Below are positions 1-9,749 of a stretch of 64,000 nucleotides of DNA, in pieces. Both the position numbers and the translations under genes were made by a program. Within the stretch, counting starts at the first letter, position 1, and every line of letters starts with the position of its first letter. Below the pieces are notes generated by a model. That model was not told the DNA's origin and made no database searches. It worked only from the letters and a program-made list of their open reading frames with translations. Location of the stretch: IMG/VR virus record IMGVR_UViG_3300028591_000081, positions 64,001-128,000 of that record; one strand, given 5' to 3'. Source of the DNA: a virus (taxonomy: Duplodnaviria; Caudoviricetes).

Positions 1-296
1 AGAATTTTAGCGGAAATCTTCGGGTCGGAGACTTTGTCTCGAAAGACGGGATGTGTATCAGGTTGACAGAGGGTACGCTCTCCAACTGCTACTCTCCAAA
101 TCCTGAAGACTACATGACCTTGGGTCAGGCAAGAGATTATTGTGAGGATTGGATTAGGTACCACCCAGAAAAGGCCCCTAAGATTTATCCATCTTACAAA
201 GTCATTCAGTCCTATGACGAGTGGGATAAGTTGATTGGGCGAAAGTACGAACCAGATGAGGTGACTTTGTTTCTGGAGGGAGGGAAAGATGCGTGA
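1..296 (+). CDS. hypothetical protein, probably 5'-truncated by the window edge
   Basis: The frame of ORF 51..296 is open back to position 3; the stop overlaps the RBS/start of the next gene. Confidence 0.6.
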   Translation, partial: NFSGNLRVGDFVSKDGMCIRLTEGTLSNCYSPNPEDYMTLGQARDYCEDWIRYHPEKAPKIYPSYKVIQSYDEWDKLIGRKYEPDEVTLFLEGGKDA

Positions 297-702
297 TACT
301 CAAAAACGGATATACCCATACATCAATCCGGATTACTTCAACGGCCTGTCGTACCCAGATCTTCTTCAGGAGATTCTTGAGAGAGTTAGGATGGAGCGTC
401 CAGAGGATCGTACATTCTCGAAGGATGACCTTGGGTTTCTGCTCATTTACAGAGACCGTTTCTTCGTTTATGAGGAGCTGGAACTTGCACAGGACGAATT
501 CTTGGCCTGTATCGCCAACGGATTTCTTCCAGAGATACACATCCTTCTCCGGCGACACCCTGATGTTGGAGGAATGTGGATGGGAATGCGAAGAGATGGT
601 TATTCTGAGTGCCTCTATCGGAGCAAGAATCCTCCTGATTGGCATGTGAAGTCTATTGAGGTTCCGTTCGTTGTTAGTAGAGACGGTAGGCGTGTTCTAT
701 GA
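289..702 (+). CDS. hypothetical protein
   Basis: 137 aa ORF with GGAGG upstream, coupled to the previous gene. Confidence 0.7.
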   Translation: MRDTQKRIYPYINPDYFNGLSYPDLLQEILERVRMERPEDRTFSKDDLGFLLIYRDRFFVYEELELAQDEFLACIANGFLPEIHILLRRHPDVGGMWMGMRRDGYSECLYRSKNPPDWHVKSIEVPFVVSRDGRRVL

Positions 703-782
703 CTTCAGGTCTATTTCTCCGCAATATCATCAACACTGCATCAAACGAAATTTGACAACTCAAAACACAGGAGACTCAAGCG

Positions 783-1013
783 ATGACACCTACGGATTTA
801 TTCAAGCTCACCAAGATAGCTACAATCAAAAAAGAACTCTTACATGTAAAAGAGGACGCCGAGTCGCTCAGTTCATTTTTTATAGGGACGGAAGCGAGTT
901 ATGACATCAAACAAGCTAATCTGGTTATAACCACAATAGATTCGTTGCTTAATACCACCAAGGAGTGGTACGAACGCTCTTTGGATGGAGTTGATTTAGA
1001 TTACAAAAACTAA
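783..1013 (+). CDS. small hypothetical protein
   Basis: 76 aa; starts at the ATG inside repeat copy 1, with AGGAG RBS. Confidence 0.7.
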   Translation: MTPTDLFKLTKIATIKKELLHVKEDAESLSSFFIGTEASYDIKQANLVITTIDSLLNTTKEWYERSLDGVDLDYKN

Positions 1014-1033
1014 CAACACAGGAGACTCAAGTG

Positions 1034-1309
1034 ATGAGTAATTGCGAGCAATATACATGGCATTGCGATGAGCGCGAGCCGTTTGCGACCATCATTCGGC
1101 CCGACGGGACAGAGTTGCTGACAACGAATGATCCAGCCGCATTTGCATACGCGAGACTCGTTATTAAGGAAAACAAACTACATGGATACAGAGTAATAAC
1201 AGAGGATTACTTCGAATACGAAATTGCCAGTAATGGCAAAATACTCGATTGTCGTAATGCAAGATTCCCCGGTAGCCTATTCGAAGAAATAACCATGCGG
1301 TTGATATAG
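1034..1309 (+). CDS. small hypothetical protein
   Basis: Starts at the ATG inside repeat copy 2; its TAG stop lies at the start of repeat copy 3. Confidence 0.7.
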   Translation: MSNCEQYTWHCDEREPFATIIRPDGTELLTTNDPAAFAYARLVIKENKLHGYRVITEDYFEYEIASNGKILDCRNARFPGSLFEEITMRLI

Positions 1310-1334
1310 GAGACTCAAGCGATGAGCAGGATAC

Positions 1335-1799
1335 CTAGGGATAAATTGCACAAAGATATCGTCCTTCCTCTTCTAGGTACTCAAAGAATTCGTCAGTGGA
1401 CATGCCAAAGGTTCGAAGCGGGTTATAAATCACAGTGTGCCCAACACTTCCTTGGTAGGTGTTTAGTAAAAGGCTGACTACGTCTCTGAAGGAATCCACA
1501 TGATGAATTCCTTTGTGTTTTTGCCCGCTACACTCAATCCACTGATGCCGTTCTGCAATGATATATGTGTGAGTGGCCAGCGTCCTGTGTCCTTTGTGGA
1601 TTCCTGTGTAATAGCATTTCCACGGAACCCCATGTTTGGCGAGTTCTAAAGCCATTGGGCCTACAAAGTCCCAACATACACCTCCGTGCACTTCTTCAAA
1701 TTCGTCCGGAGTCTTGATACGATATTCACGGTCGTTGCCCATGTCTTCGTAATCATAGTCTCTGAACTTGTTGTAGATTTCCCTTAGGTTCTTCATCAT
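1335..1799 (-). CDS. transglutaminase/papain-like cysteine-protease-fold protein
   Basis: GGVCWDFV Cys motif followed by THTY His and WIE; coupled to the portal gene. Confidence 0.55.
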   Translation of the reverse strand: MMKNLREIYNKFRDYDYEDMGNDREYRIKTPDEFEEVHGGVCWDFVGPMALELAKHGVPWKCYYTGIHKGHRTLATHTYIIAERHQWIECSGQKHKGIHHVDSFRDVVSLLLNTYQGSVGHTVIYNPLRTFGMSTDEFFEYLEEEGRYLCAIYP

Positions 1800-3400
1800 A
1801 GCCTGTCATCCATGTCTCCGAAACCACCGCCACCCGTCTCTTCTTCCTCTCCTTCCTGCCCTTCTTCAGGTTGCTCTGGCTCAGGATTGTTGAATCCTAG
1901 GGCATCCAGCAGGTCATCGTTCTTGAAGATTTTATGCAGGACGAAGTAGATAAGTTCCCGTTTGTTGGCTTTCTGCATGTACTCAGGGTCGATCTTGGCA
2001 ACCATGTCGAGGGCCGCGTTCATACGGTCAGCTTCAGCCGTGATGGCAGTGGCACGCTTCTCGTCTTCACCAGTAAGGATGGTAGGCATCTGCACCTGAA
2101 AGTCCGGTGGCATAATGTCGTCAATGAGGCACTTCCAGATGATGAGCTTCTTGATCCCCTCACGAAGGATACGTTGAACCCTCTTTACGGTTCTTGCATA
2201 CCGGATATCGAGCTGGGTCAGAGTGGAGTCATTCAAACCTCCGCCTGTTTCCTCCGCTTGCCCCAGAAATTGCTTGGGTACACGAAGAGACCCTAGGTAT
2301 TGGGAGATAATCATGTTGGCGTCGGTCAAAGCACCTACCTCTGTCGGAGCAGACACTTCCTGCACAGCGATACCTCCCAGACCGTTACGTACAGGTACAT
2401 AGACGTTACCTCCCGTAATCATCGGAGCATTCCTACTGCTGAAGACTCCATCGGCTACATTGAGGGACTGCTTTGAATTGATGGCCGTTCTGACTTCTCT
2501 CATCATACGGGCCGTGTCCTGCGAGGTCGAGTTACCGACTTCTACACTGAAGATACGGTAGAAAGCACTGCGCGTGAGGCGGGCCAGAACAATCAGATCA
2601 TCCATCAGCTTCTTGGTTCTGAAGGAGTATTTACCGGCTTCAAGAAAACTGGTTCCGTACCTAATCACCACCCCGTCTTCTTCATTACCTACCTTCTGGT
2701 CTTGGCCACGGTCGGACATGAAATGGATGTATGATTTCTCGGGCAGAATCGTGTCCGATTCCCCGTATGTGTAAATGCCTTCGGACTCTCTGGTCGCATA
2801 GCCAAGTGGCGCACCGAATCGGAACAGGTGGATGCACTCAAGAGGGTCTGCAATCGTGAAGTATTCGCCAAGAGTGAAGTTCTCCCTGTACACTGCATTG
2901 GCAAAGTTTGTGTTCAGGAAGCATTCACCGAATGCCACGATGTTGAAGGCTATCGGATAAATCATGTCATTGATGCAGACAGAATCGGATAACCATTGGG
3001 TCATCATGTCCCCAAAATCAGGGTCATCCTGACACGTCACCCACGCGGCCAGTCCGGTATCCGAGTCGATGATACTGGCATCTTCGGCTATGAGTTCCAC
3101 CGCCGCTACGGTCAATGAGTCGGTCAGCATTTCCTTATACTCATTGATCATACCCTCACGTGTGGTTGCGTATGTATGGAGATCCCCAAGCAGGGTAGCA
3201 TCTGTTCTGGATACAGCCGTCCTCAAGAAATCGTCTCTTGGGTCCTGAGGATCGTCTACGACTTTAATTCTTCCACCAAACAGGGACTTTATCCATTGGA
3301 TAAGCCCACCTGTCTTGACTATGTTTCCGCCAAGTTCTTCTGTACCTTCTGAAGGATCCTTCTTTACACGAGTTGTTTTGGGGGTCAGTTTGTCTGCCAT
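1796..3400 (-). CDS. portal vertex protein (T4 gp20-like)
   Basis: About 534 aa with gp20-type segments YGTSFLE, DDLIVLARLTRSAFYRIFSVEVGN, SLRVPKQFLG, DIRYARTVKRVQ; ATG at 3400 has a GGAG RBS. Confidence 0.85.
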   Translation of the reverse strand: MADKLTPKTTRVKKDPSEGTEELGGNIVKTGGLIQWIKSLFGGRIKVVDDPQDPRDDFLRTAVSRTDATLLGDLHTYATTREGMINEYKEMLTDSLTVAAVELIAEDASIIDSDTGLAAWVTCQDDPDFGDMMTQWLSDSVCINDMIYPIAFNIVAFGECFLNTNFANAVYRENFTLGEYFTIADPLECIHLFRFGAPLGYATRESEGIYTYGESDTILPEKSYIHFMSDRGQDQKVGNEEDGVVIRYGTSFLEAGKYSFRTKKLMDDLIVLARLTRSAFYRIFSVEVGNSTSQDTARMMREVRTAINSKQSLNVADGVFSSRNAPMITGGNVYVPVRNGLGGIAVQEVSAPTEVGALTDANMIISQYLGSLRVPKQFLGQAEETGGGLNDSTLTQLDIRYARTVKRVQRILREGIKKLIIWKCLIDDIMPPDFQVQMPTILTGEDEKRATAITAEADRMNAALDMVAKIDPEYMQKANKRELIYFVLHKIFKNDDLLDALGFNNPEPEQPEEGQEGEEEETGGGGFGDMDDRL

Positions 3401-3414
3401 TCGAATCTCTCCGA

Positions 3415-4188
3415 TCACTTCATCAGGTATAAGCCGTAACTTGACGTAGAAACTCCTGAACGTTTCACGAGTTTGAACAAGTCCTCCGGGGCGGACACTT
3501 CACTCAGCAGGATGGTGTGCCCGCTCTTTTTGGTTTTGACACACCACTCATAGAACTCGTCTGGATTATACATCGTAAGAGCATAGTTCCCAAGACCTTT
3601 CCAAGGTGGGTCACAGTAGATCACACTTGGGGCCTCCAGCTTGAGGTCTAGGTAGTTTCCGCAAGACAGCTTCACATTCTGAATGCCTGTTGCTGTCTTT
3701 ACCAGTTGGGATTCGTTGTAATAGGTCATGTCTTTGGCACTGCCCGGCTGTTTCCCGCAAAAGGTTCCAAAGAATTCTCCACTGGCACTTCCTATGTAAG
3801 CGCACCAAGCAAGGTATGCAACATCTTTGAGAGAGTCTACCTTTGTCAAGTCAACCACAGGATTCCCTATTAGTTTGAGGCTTTTGGTCACTCTGGTTCG
3901 TGCTTCTTCAAACATCGTTTGCGTGATTGGAGCCTTGAAGCGGTTTCCGGCCTGATACCATTTGAGCAACGCCATCAAGTACGGGTTTGCATCGTTGGCC
4001 ACTCTCTTGAAGGTTTTAGGAATGGCGCAAGTTACAGAACATCCTCCACAAAACAAATCGACAAACTGCTTTCGGTCTGCCATGAGATTGGTGACAATGC
4101 TGGCAATGTATCGGGCATCGCCTGTTTTGTTCCCACGATAGTTCATTCCGAGCTTTGGTTCTATGGAGGTTCTCAGTGCCATGTTCAA
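3415..4188 (-). CDS. DNA adenine methyltransferase (D12/Dam class)
   Basis: YRGNK, SAM-binding motif FVDLFCGGCSV, ANDAN, catalytic motif IYCDPPW. Confidence 0.85.
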   Translation of the reverse strand: MNMALRTSIEPKLGMNYRGNKTGDARYIASIVTNLMADRKQFVDLFCGGCSVTCAIPKTFKRVANDANPYLMALLKWYQAGNRFKAPITQTMFEEARTRVTKSLKLIGNPVVDLTKVDSLKDVAYLAWCAYIGSASGEFFGTFCGKQPGSAKDMTYYNESQLVKTATGIQNVKLSCGNYLDLKLEAPSVIYCDPPWKGLGNYALTMYNPDEFYEWCVKTKKSGHTILLSEVSAPEDLFKLVKRSGVSTSSYGLYLMK

Positions 4189-4832
4189 TACCTGATGTTT
4201 TTCTTAGAGTTCGGGGTGATTCCCGGGATCGCTGTGATCTCGTTCGGATCCACATGCTTATTAGATGATATTCCATTGGATACGCCAGAGTATCCTCCAG
4301 ATCGCGAACTGGCTGAACTCTGCCGCCCGGACGAAGACGACATCCTTGAGGTCTGGGATTTCGGTACAGGTTCATTCGCGTTTAAGGCATTGTGAAATTG
4401 CTTCGGAAGTTGGACTTCCTGTTCTTCCACATCATTAAGGCTCTCTGGCAGTTCGCTGTCCTCACAACAAGATTCTTCAGACTGTTTTGGAGGTCTTCGG
4501 AATTTGAATCTGAACTTGTGATCTTTGTTTTCCAGAGAAATTTCAGGGGTGGGAAGTTTCTCCCCACGTTGGGCCGCTTCCTTGCAAGCCTGACTGTATA
4601 TATAGCTCAGGGTCACGAGAATAGACCCTACCGCCAGAATGATTCTGAGTTCGTTTGTGAGGTGTGAGAAGTCCACCACTACGCCAAAGAGTATTGCCAG
4701 ATAAATGACCACAAGGGACCATGTGAGGGATAACTGGACAAGACGGTGAAGGACTGGAATGATTACGCCGAAGAGAATTAAGAATCCTACTATGAAATAA
4801 ACCGTTGTTATTGCGTCAAGCATACGAAACAC
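4185..4832 (-). CDS. membrane protein with about 3 N-terminal TM helices and a disordered tail (holin candidate)
   Basis: Three hydrophobic stretches in the first 80 aa; divergent from the amidase. The holin role is only inferred. Confidence 0.5.
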   Translation of the reverse strand: MFRMLDAITTVYFIVGFLILFGVIIPVLHRLVQLSLTWSLVVIYLAILFGVVVDFSHLTNELRIILAVGSILVTLSYIYSQACKEAAQRGEKLPTPEISLENKDHKFRFKFRRPPKQSEESCCEDSELPESLNDVEEQEVQLPKQFHNALNANEPVPKSQTSRMSSSSGRQSSASSRSGGYSGVSNGISSNKHVDPNEITAIPGITPNSKKNIRY

Positions 4833-4862
4833 CCCGAAAGATTGCCCCTATCGGTACATGTG

Positions 4863-4890
4863 TTTGATAAACCCTGCGGTAACTATCGAA
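4863..4890. promoter_or_regulatory. back-to-back putative late promoters (TATCNAA)
   Basis: TATCAAA on the minus strand (4863-4869) and TATCGAA on the plus strand (4884-4890), between divergent genes. Confidence 0.5.
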
Positions 4891-4921
4891 TTTTATGGGG
4901 CTTTTTTAGATGGAGACATGT

Positions 4922-5581
4922 ATGGCAAGCAAGAAATTGGCGAATATCTGTATCGACCCGGGCCATGGAGGGAAGGCAAGTGGAACCGTGAACTCGGAAC
5001 TCAAGATTATGGAGAAGGATATTGCGCTGGCGGTTTCCTTCAAAGTCTCAGAGTACCTGTTGTATGCCACCAAGAGTTCTGTGACAGGAGAAGTGCAAAT
5101 AAATTCCTTCTGCCCAGACAATCACACCCCTATGGTCAATGTGTTTATGACGCGTGGGCTGGACGTGGATGTGTCGCTTCAGGAACGCTGTAAGGTAGCC
5201 AATAAGATTCCGGCTTCATGCTTTGTGTCTATTCACTGTAATTCCTATTCTGGAACTGTGGCCAACGGTATTGAGACGTGGATGTACAAAGGTGGCTCAA
5301 AGGCTTCGAAAACTCTTGCACAGAGCATTCATCGTTGCCTGATGGAAAGTGTCAAAGGATTTAAGGTTACTGACGCAGACGGTACAAAACATGCCCCGAT
5401 TTCTCGCGGCGTTAAGGAGAATCAGACCTATTACACATTGAGGCATACCTCAATGCCTTCTGTGGTAGTTGAGGTAGGATTCCTGTCTCATAAGGGAGAG
5501 GCTACTTTACTGAATTCGGAGAAGTATCAGGATGCCCTCGCTAAAGGGATCGCTTATGGCATCCTGTACTCATACGCATAG
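4922..5581 (+). CDS. N-acetylmuramoyl-L-alanine amidase (Amidase_3), probable endolysin
   Basis: ICIDPGHGG, EKDIAL, FVSIHCNS, GIETW, PSVVVEVGFLSH; GGAG RBS before ATG 4922. Confidence 0.9.
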   Translation: MASKKLANICIDPGHGGKASGTVNSELKIMEKDIALAVSFKVSEYLLYATKSSVTGEVQINSFCPDNHTPMVNVFMTRGLDVDVSLQERCKVANKIPASCFVSIHCNSYSGTVANGIETWMYKGGSKASKTLAQSIHRCLMESVKGFKVTDADGTKHAPISRGVKENQTYYTLRHTSMPSVVVEVGFLSHKGEATLLNSEKYQDALAKGIAYGILYSYA

Positions 5582-5587
5582 GCATGT

Positions 5588-6052
5588 CTACTGCTCCGGC
5601 CTTTTTATGATGGTTGTTGTGGTCTCCTTGGAAGGTTCTGTAAACGATACGCCTCCGAGACTGTCCGCCCAATTTTCCGGGAAGTGAAGATGGTACCACA
5701 CCGTGCTTTTGTTCTTGAAGCGTCGTATCCAGAAGAGGATGATAGACGGAACTGCGATTACGAGTAGGTACAGGGGGCCAAGGTAGAGGCTTTGCATACT
5801 GTGCCCGGTCTCGTGTTTGATGATGTCTTCATCTGAGTCTTCCCGTACAAACACGAAGGCCCCCAAAGACCAGCACGCCTGATATTTCGTATTCACACGG
5901 AATACCGTCATGCCTGTCTTTGGATTCTTCCACCAATCCAGCCCCTGCTTTACGAATGGTAAAACGAGAAGGGCTATCAAGGTTTGAGGGAACTGCCATA
6001 TCAAGGCCAGCGGAATGAAATTGCCGACATTTCGGTAACTGATGTCTGCCAT
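5588..6052 (-). CDS. membrane-associated HExxH (zincin-like) protein
   Basis: KHETGHSMQS motif followed by a TM segment and a FPENWAD motif. Confidence 0.6.
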   Translation of the reverse strand: MADISYRNVGNFIPLALIWQFPQTLIALLVLPFVKQGLDWWKNPKTGMTVFRVNTKYQACWSLGAFVFVREDSDEDIIKHETGHSMQSLYLGPLYLLVIAVPSIILFWIRRFKNKSTVWYHLHFPENWADSLGGVSFTEPSKETTTTIIKRPEQ

Positions 6053-6084
6053 TGCACACACTCTCTTTCGCCCCGTGTGGTTAG

Positions 6085-6948
6085 TTATGTTTTGGGTTCA
6101 AATCCAAGTTTCCTTAGCTTTGCTTCCCAATCATCCGATACGAACTTCGTACCTCCGTTCATCCAGTCGATCTCGTACTTTCGAAATTCAGCCAGCAGGT
6201 AGTCTTTCACGCACATCATGTCCTTATTGTAGAGGTCGAAGAATTGTGTGACGGTTCTCAAGAACGGATCCTGACTTCCACGCCTCATTCGGATCAGCCA
6301 CCCTTCCCATGATTTGGTGAAGTAGTGGTTGATCCATGCTGTTTTCTTTTCCACGATGGATGCGTTATTTCTGTCCTTCCCTGCCTGAACAATCCCCGGG
6401 TATCCTCGCTGGATGCACACAAAGGTGTATGGTTCTGTGACATCGATCAGGGTTTTGCACAGGAACCCGCATTCGTTGTATTCCCAGTGGGTATAGGCTT
6501 CCTTCATCGGGATGCTGGGTTCGAAGATGCGGTGATCTGAATTGAAGTTACGGAGGGCGAAGAATATATTCTTACGGTCTTGACGCTTGAGATCTTCGAT
6601 GATGAGGTCAAGCGTCATCCCTTCGGACATTTCAAAGAACTCGTCGATGTCCAAAAACAGACACCAGTTGTCCTGTCGTTCCTCTTGAAATTTCTTGAAG
6701 AACTGGTTGTAGATCCATACCTGCCTCCAAGGCGTCCGTGACTTTGGCTCATCGAGTATTCCCAGATCTCGGTCACAACGGTACAATGACACACGATCTC
6801 CCCACGGTTTGAGGAACTCCGTATGGTCTGATGAGGTGAAGTCTTCGATCAGGTAGATGTGGTCGAATCCTTGAGCAAAGTGGTAATCCAGCCACTCTGG
6901 GAGATAACGTTGCTCATCTTTGATCATGGCAAGAATAGTTTTTCGCAT
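6085..6948 (-). CDS. glycosyltransferase (GT2-like / GT92-like)
   Basis: MIKDEQRYLPEWLDYH..GFDHIYL, DxD motif FLDIDEF, INHYFTKS. Confidence 0.85.
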   Translation of the reverse strand: MRKTILAMIKDEQRYLPEWLDYHFAQGFDHIYLIEDFTSSDHTEFLKPWGDRVSLYRCDRDLGILDEPKSRTPWRQVWIYNQFFKKFQEERQDNWCLFLDIDEFFEMSEGMTLDLIIEDLKRQDRKNIFFALRNFNSDHRIFEPSIPMKEAYTHWEYNECGFLCKTLIDVTEPYTFVCIQRGYPGIVQAGKDRNNASIVEKKTAWINHYFTKSWEGWLIRMRRGSQDPFLRTVTQFFDLYNKDMMCVKDYLLAEFRKYEIDWMNGGTKFVSDDWEAKLRKLGFEPKT

Positions 6949-6976
6949 CGAGTATCCCTCGTCAAATCAACCTTTG

Positions 6977-8779
6977 TTACACATTCGAAATGAAATTCAG
7001 AACGTCGTCAATAATGTCGTCAGCGTCCTTCTCGCTATGGCACACTTTCCCTGATACAGGAATCTTGACATACGCCATGACATAGTCCTGCTGGGTCTCG
7101 AAGTACAATTCCTCTCCGTTCATGTCCATGTGTGCGTAAACTGTCGAACCCCCGTCCTTCAGGGAGACCGTATCGACCTCTCTTAGGTCTCGGAGTTTGC
7201 GAGCAATGACTCTGGTTGGAGGCTCCTGCATGATCCCAGTATTGTCTTGCATAAAGTCTGACGAGCTTTCACAGTGTCTTTTGCTGTAACGATTTTTGAT
7301 GGTGCGACGTATCATTGAATTTCTCCTTTCGTTGGCGAGACAAAGTCTCTCGTGCAGGTCTAAAGCGTTCTTGTCGAACTTGATGGAATCCAGCTTCCTG
7401 TTGATGATGGAAGCCATCAGTACAATAAACTCACGAACGCCTTGAGTAAGAGCCATCAGGAAACATTCGTTATCGGAATCCTTCATTAAGGTTCTCAACT
7501 CAACGACGGCTGACTGGTAATGCAGTTTGCTGATTTCTATGGAAAGTGTGCTGTTGTTGTTGAACTCTTCCGTCGGACGTGTCCATCTCTTTGGTACAAC
7601 ATTTGACCACTTGAAGGTAAGTTTCACAGGGTACGCATAGGACAGCTTTCGGAAGTAGTGGTTTGTGGTTACGTTAAGAACACACGCACGCTTCTTTGGA
7701 GAGAAATTTGCGGCACGCAACTGCTCTTCGATCTCGTCTGCAAGAGCCATATCTGCTTTTTCCTGCTCATCGGACAGGTATCGGTTCTTTTGAGCTTTCG
7801 CAACCATGCTGTCGATCTTTTTTTGTGTCTCGGACACAAACCAGTCACGGAACCGCAGAGGATCATTTACACATGCCTTTGCTTTCTTGTACAGAGGGCT
7901 TGATTCGGCGGCCCCCATCTGGGTGTAGTTTACGATGAATGCCCACAGGTCTTCAGAATCGTTAGACGTGAAGTCGTCTATGAGATGACCCATGAATGTT
8001 CTCAGATTGTCTCCAACTTTTACCATGTTCCCAGAGCTGTCCGGCTCACTCAGGTAGGCATCACTTGTGGCGGTGAGTTGGTAGGCATTAAATTCGGTCT
8101 CGTTCCACAGCATGTACAGGATGTGATTGTACGACCAGAAAGTAACCTTATCCTTTTCGTTGGAAAGGCTGTTCAGGTCTTTACCAGTTACACCTGCGGA
8201 GATGTAATTCTGGATCCTTCCTTTATACGAATCGTACATGTGTGTCAGTTCATGCTCAAGCATGGAGATGGTGCGCTTGTCGTCTTCACCGTCATCCTGA
8301 TCAAAGAACTTGTCAAGATCTTTGACTCGAATCTTGATGTATATGGACTGAATGTCTCGGTCACGCCCGCCTGATAGATGAAATCCGTCACTGTCTTTCA
8401 GGGCGTATGGGGATACACCGCCCATGGCCATCCTAAAATCTGGGTCTTCGGCCAGTTCTTTCCAGTAGTTGTTGTACTGCTCTATGGAGTCGGCGGTACT
8501 GCTAGAGGAGTCTTTGTAATTCGCAAGAAGAATCAGGTACACGAAGCATGTGGTGTAACGGTTTCCCAAGGTTTCCGGAAAGAACTGCTCCACAGCATTC
8601 CAGAACATGGTAGAGCGTGTTACGTCCTGTCCTCGGTAGTATCGGCCATACCGATTCTTCCAGTTCTGGTAGTTGTTTCTTAGAGAACCCTTGACCTTTC
8701 GGTAGAAGGTCTTGAGATTCTGGAGTTCATTCTGAATTGCAAATTTCTCGTTGGAGCCTTTTTTCGTTCGTATAACCAT
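6977..8779 (-). CDS. 600 aa protein with HExxH metallopeptidase-like motif, probable virion protein; possible internal start at 7315
   Basis: LEHELTHMYD followed by ETEFNAY; an in-frame internal ATG at 7315 has an AAGGAG RBS. Confidence 0.6.
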   Translation of the reverse strand: MVIRTKKGSNEKFAIQNELQNLKTFYRKVKGSLRNNYQNWKNRYGRYYRGQDVTRSTMFWNAVEQFFPETLGNRYTTCFVYLILLANYKDSSSSTADSIEQYNNYWKELAEDPDFRMAMGGVSPYALKDSDGFHLSGGRDRDIQSIYIKIRVKDLDKFFDQDDGEDDKRTISMLEHELTHMYDSYKGRIQNYISAGVTGKDLNSLSNEKDKVTFWSYNHILYMLWNETEFNAYQLTATSDAYLSEPDSSGNMVKVGDNLRTFMGHLIDDFTSNDSEDLWAFIVNYTQMGAAESSPLYKKAKACVNDPLRFRDWFVSETQKKIDSMVAKAQKNRYLSDEQEKADMALADEIEEQLRAANFSPKKRACVLNVTTNHYFRKLSYAYPVKLTFKWSNVVPKRWTRPTEEFNNNSTLSIEISKLHYQSAVVELRTLMKDSDNECFLMALTQGVREFIVLMASIINRKLDSIKFDKNALDLHERLCLANERRNSMIRRTIKNRYSKRHCESSSDFMQDNTGIMQEPPTRVIARKLRDLREVDTVSLKDGGSTVYAHMDMNGEELYFETQQDYVMAYVKIPVSGKVCHSEKDADDIIDDVLNFISNV

Positions 8780-8812
8780 AACTTACCTCTTGCTTTTAGT
8801 AAAGACGACGTA

Positions 8813-8835
8813 TATCCAACACATTGGGTTGGATA
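8813..8835. promoter_or_regulatory. inverted pair of TATCCAA motifs between divergent genes
   Basis: atatccaac-acattgg-gttggatat gives TATCCAA on both strands. Confidence 0.45.
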
Positions 8836-8849
8836 TTTGGAGAGGCGCA

Positions 8850-9443
8850 ATGAACGATGATTTTTGGAACCTTGGTAATGAAGAAACCACACCAGACGCC
8901 GATGATATAGTGTCTGAGTCCGGGCAGGAGTCAACGGACACGAGTTTGCCGGTGAAGCATGAAGTTACTGCGCAAGACCACGCTGAGGAATCTTCAACAG
9001 TCTCGGATTTCTCAGATCTGAAGATGGTTCTTTCAGACCTTCCTCAGGATGTGGTAGACAACATGCCTACCATCCAGAATCGCATCAATGCTTATCTTAC
9101 ATACTTCTCTGCGATGAATCTGGCGCGTCTGCCAAAGTTGATGCGGTTTATCAACGCCGCAGAAGAGCTTATGTTTAACCCGAAGGACTTGTTACACATG
9201 GACTACGATCAGATGTCCAGCATCTATAAGTCTGCAAAGTACAGTGCCTCTGAAGTGCTTGAGACTGCCAGAAAGGTTACGCAGACCGTACAGCAGGAGA
9301 ACGACAAGAAAACTGATGTGCTGTACAACATGCTGACCTCCCTGTCGCCTGATACTGTATCCAGACTTTTGGAAATGGTGGAAGCTGAACAGAAGGTGGA
9401 GAAACAAAAAGCGGCACAGATAGACATGCCTGAAGGATCATAA
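8850..9443 (+). CDS. hypothetical helical protein with acidic N-terminus
   Basis: GGAGAGG RBS before ATG 8850; 197 aa. Confidence 0.7.
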   Translation: MNDDFWNLGNEETTPDADDIVSESGQESTDTSLPVKHEVTAQDHAEESSTVSDFSDLKMVLSDLPQDVVDNMPTIQNRINAYLTYFSAMNLARLPKLMRFINAAEELMFNPKDLLHMDYDQMSSIYKSAKYSASEVLETARKVTQTVQQENDKKTDVLYNMLTSLSPDTVSRLLEMVEAEQKVEKQKAAQIDMPEGS

Positions 9444-9715
9444 TGGAACGTATTAGGAACAATGTTAAACAGGCTTCTTTGGTCGTTCGGTATTACCGAT
9501 ACCCGAATCAGGAACTTCCTTGGAGAAAAGTGTCGAAGTTTGGAGGTCTGCATGAGATGTCTTGTCTTATGCTTGAATGTCTAAAGAACCTGTCTGGGGA
9601 TTCTGAGATGTACTGTGAGGGTGTGTTGTTTATGAATGGCAAACGGATGCCCGGTATATCCAACAAGCGAGAGGGGAATTTCATGGACGGAAGGTTGCAC
9701 TGGAAACAGGTGTAA
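9443..9715 (+). CDS. hypothetical protein
   Basis: TAATG coupling with the upstream gene; 90 aa. Confidence 0.6.
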   Translation: MERIRNNVKQASLVVRYYRYPNQELPWRKVSKFGGLHEMSCLMLECLKNLSGDSEMYCEGVLFMNGKRMPGISNKREGNFMDGRLHWKQV

Positions 9716-9749
9716 CCTGACAAACGAACAAGAGCCATGACGGCAGGGC

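Larger units (their letters stand above)
764..1326 (+). repeat. three dispersed copies of an RBS+start repeat, AGGAGACTCAAGYGATGA
   Basis: aacacaggagactcaagcgatga (764-786), aacacaggagactcaagtgatga (1015-1037), taggagactcaagcgatgag (1307-1326). Confidence 0.9.

Noticed and set aside
28-41. GAGACTTTGTCTCG also present on the minus strand at 7336-7349
   Set aside because: Only two short self-complementary copies, both in coding frames; compatible with chance.
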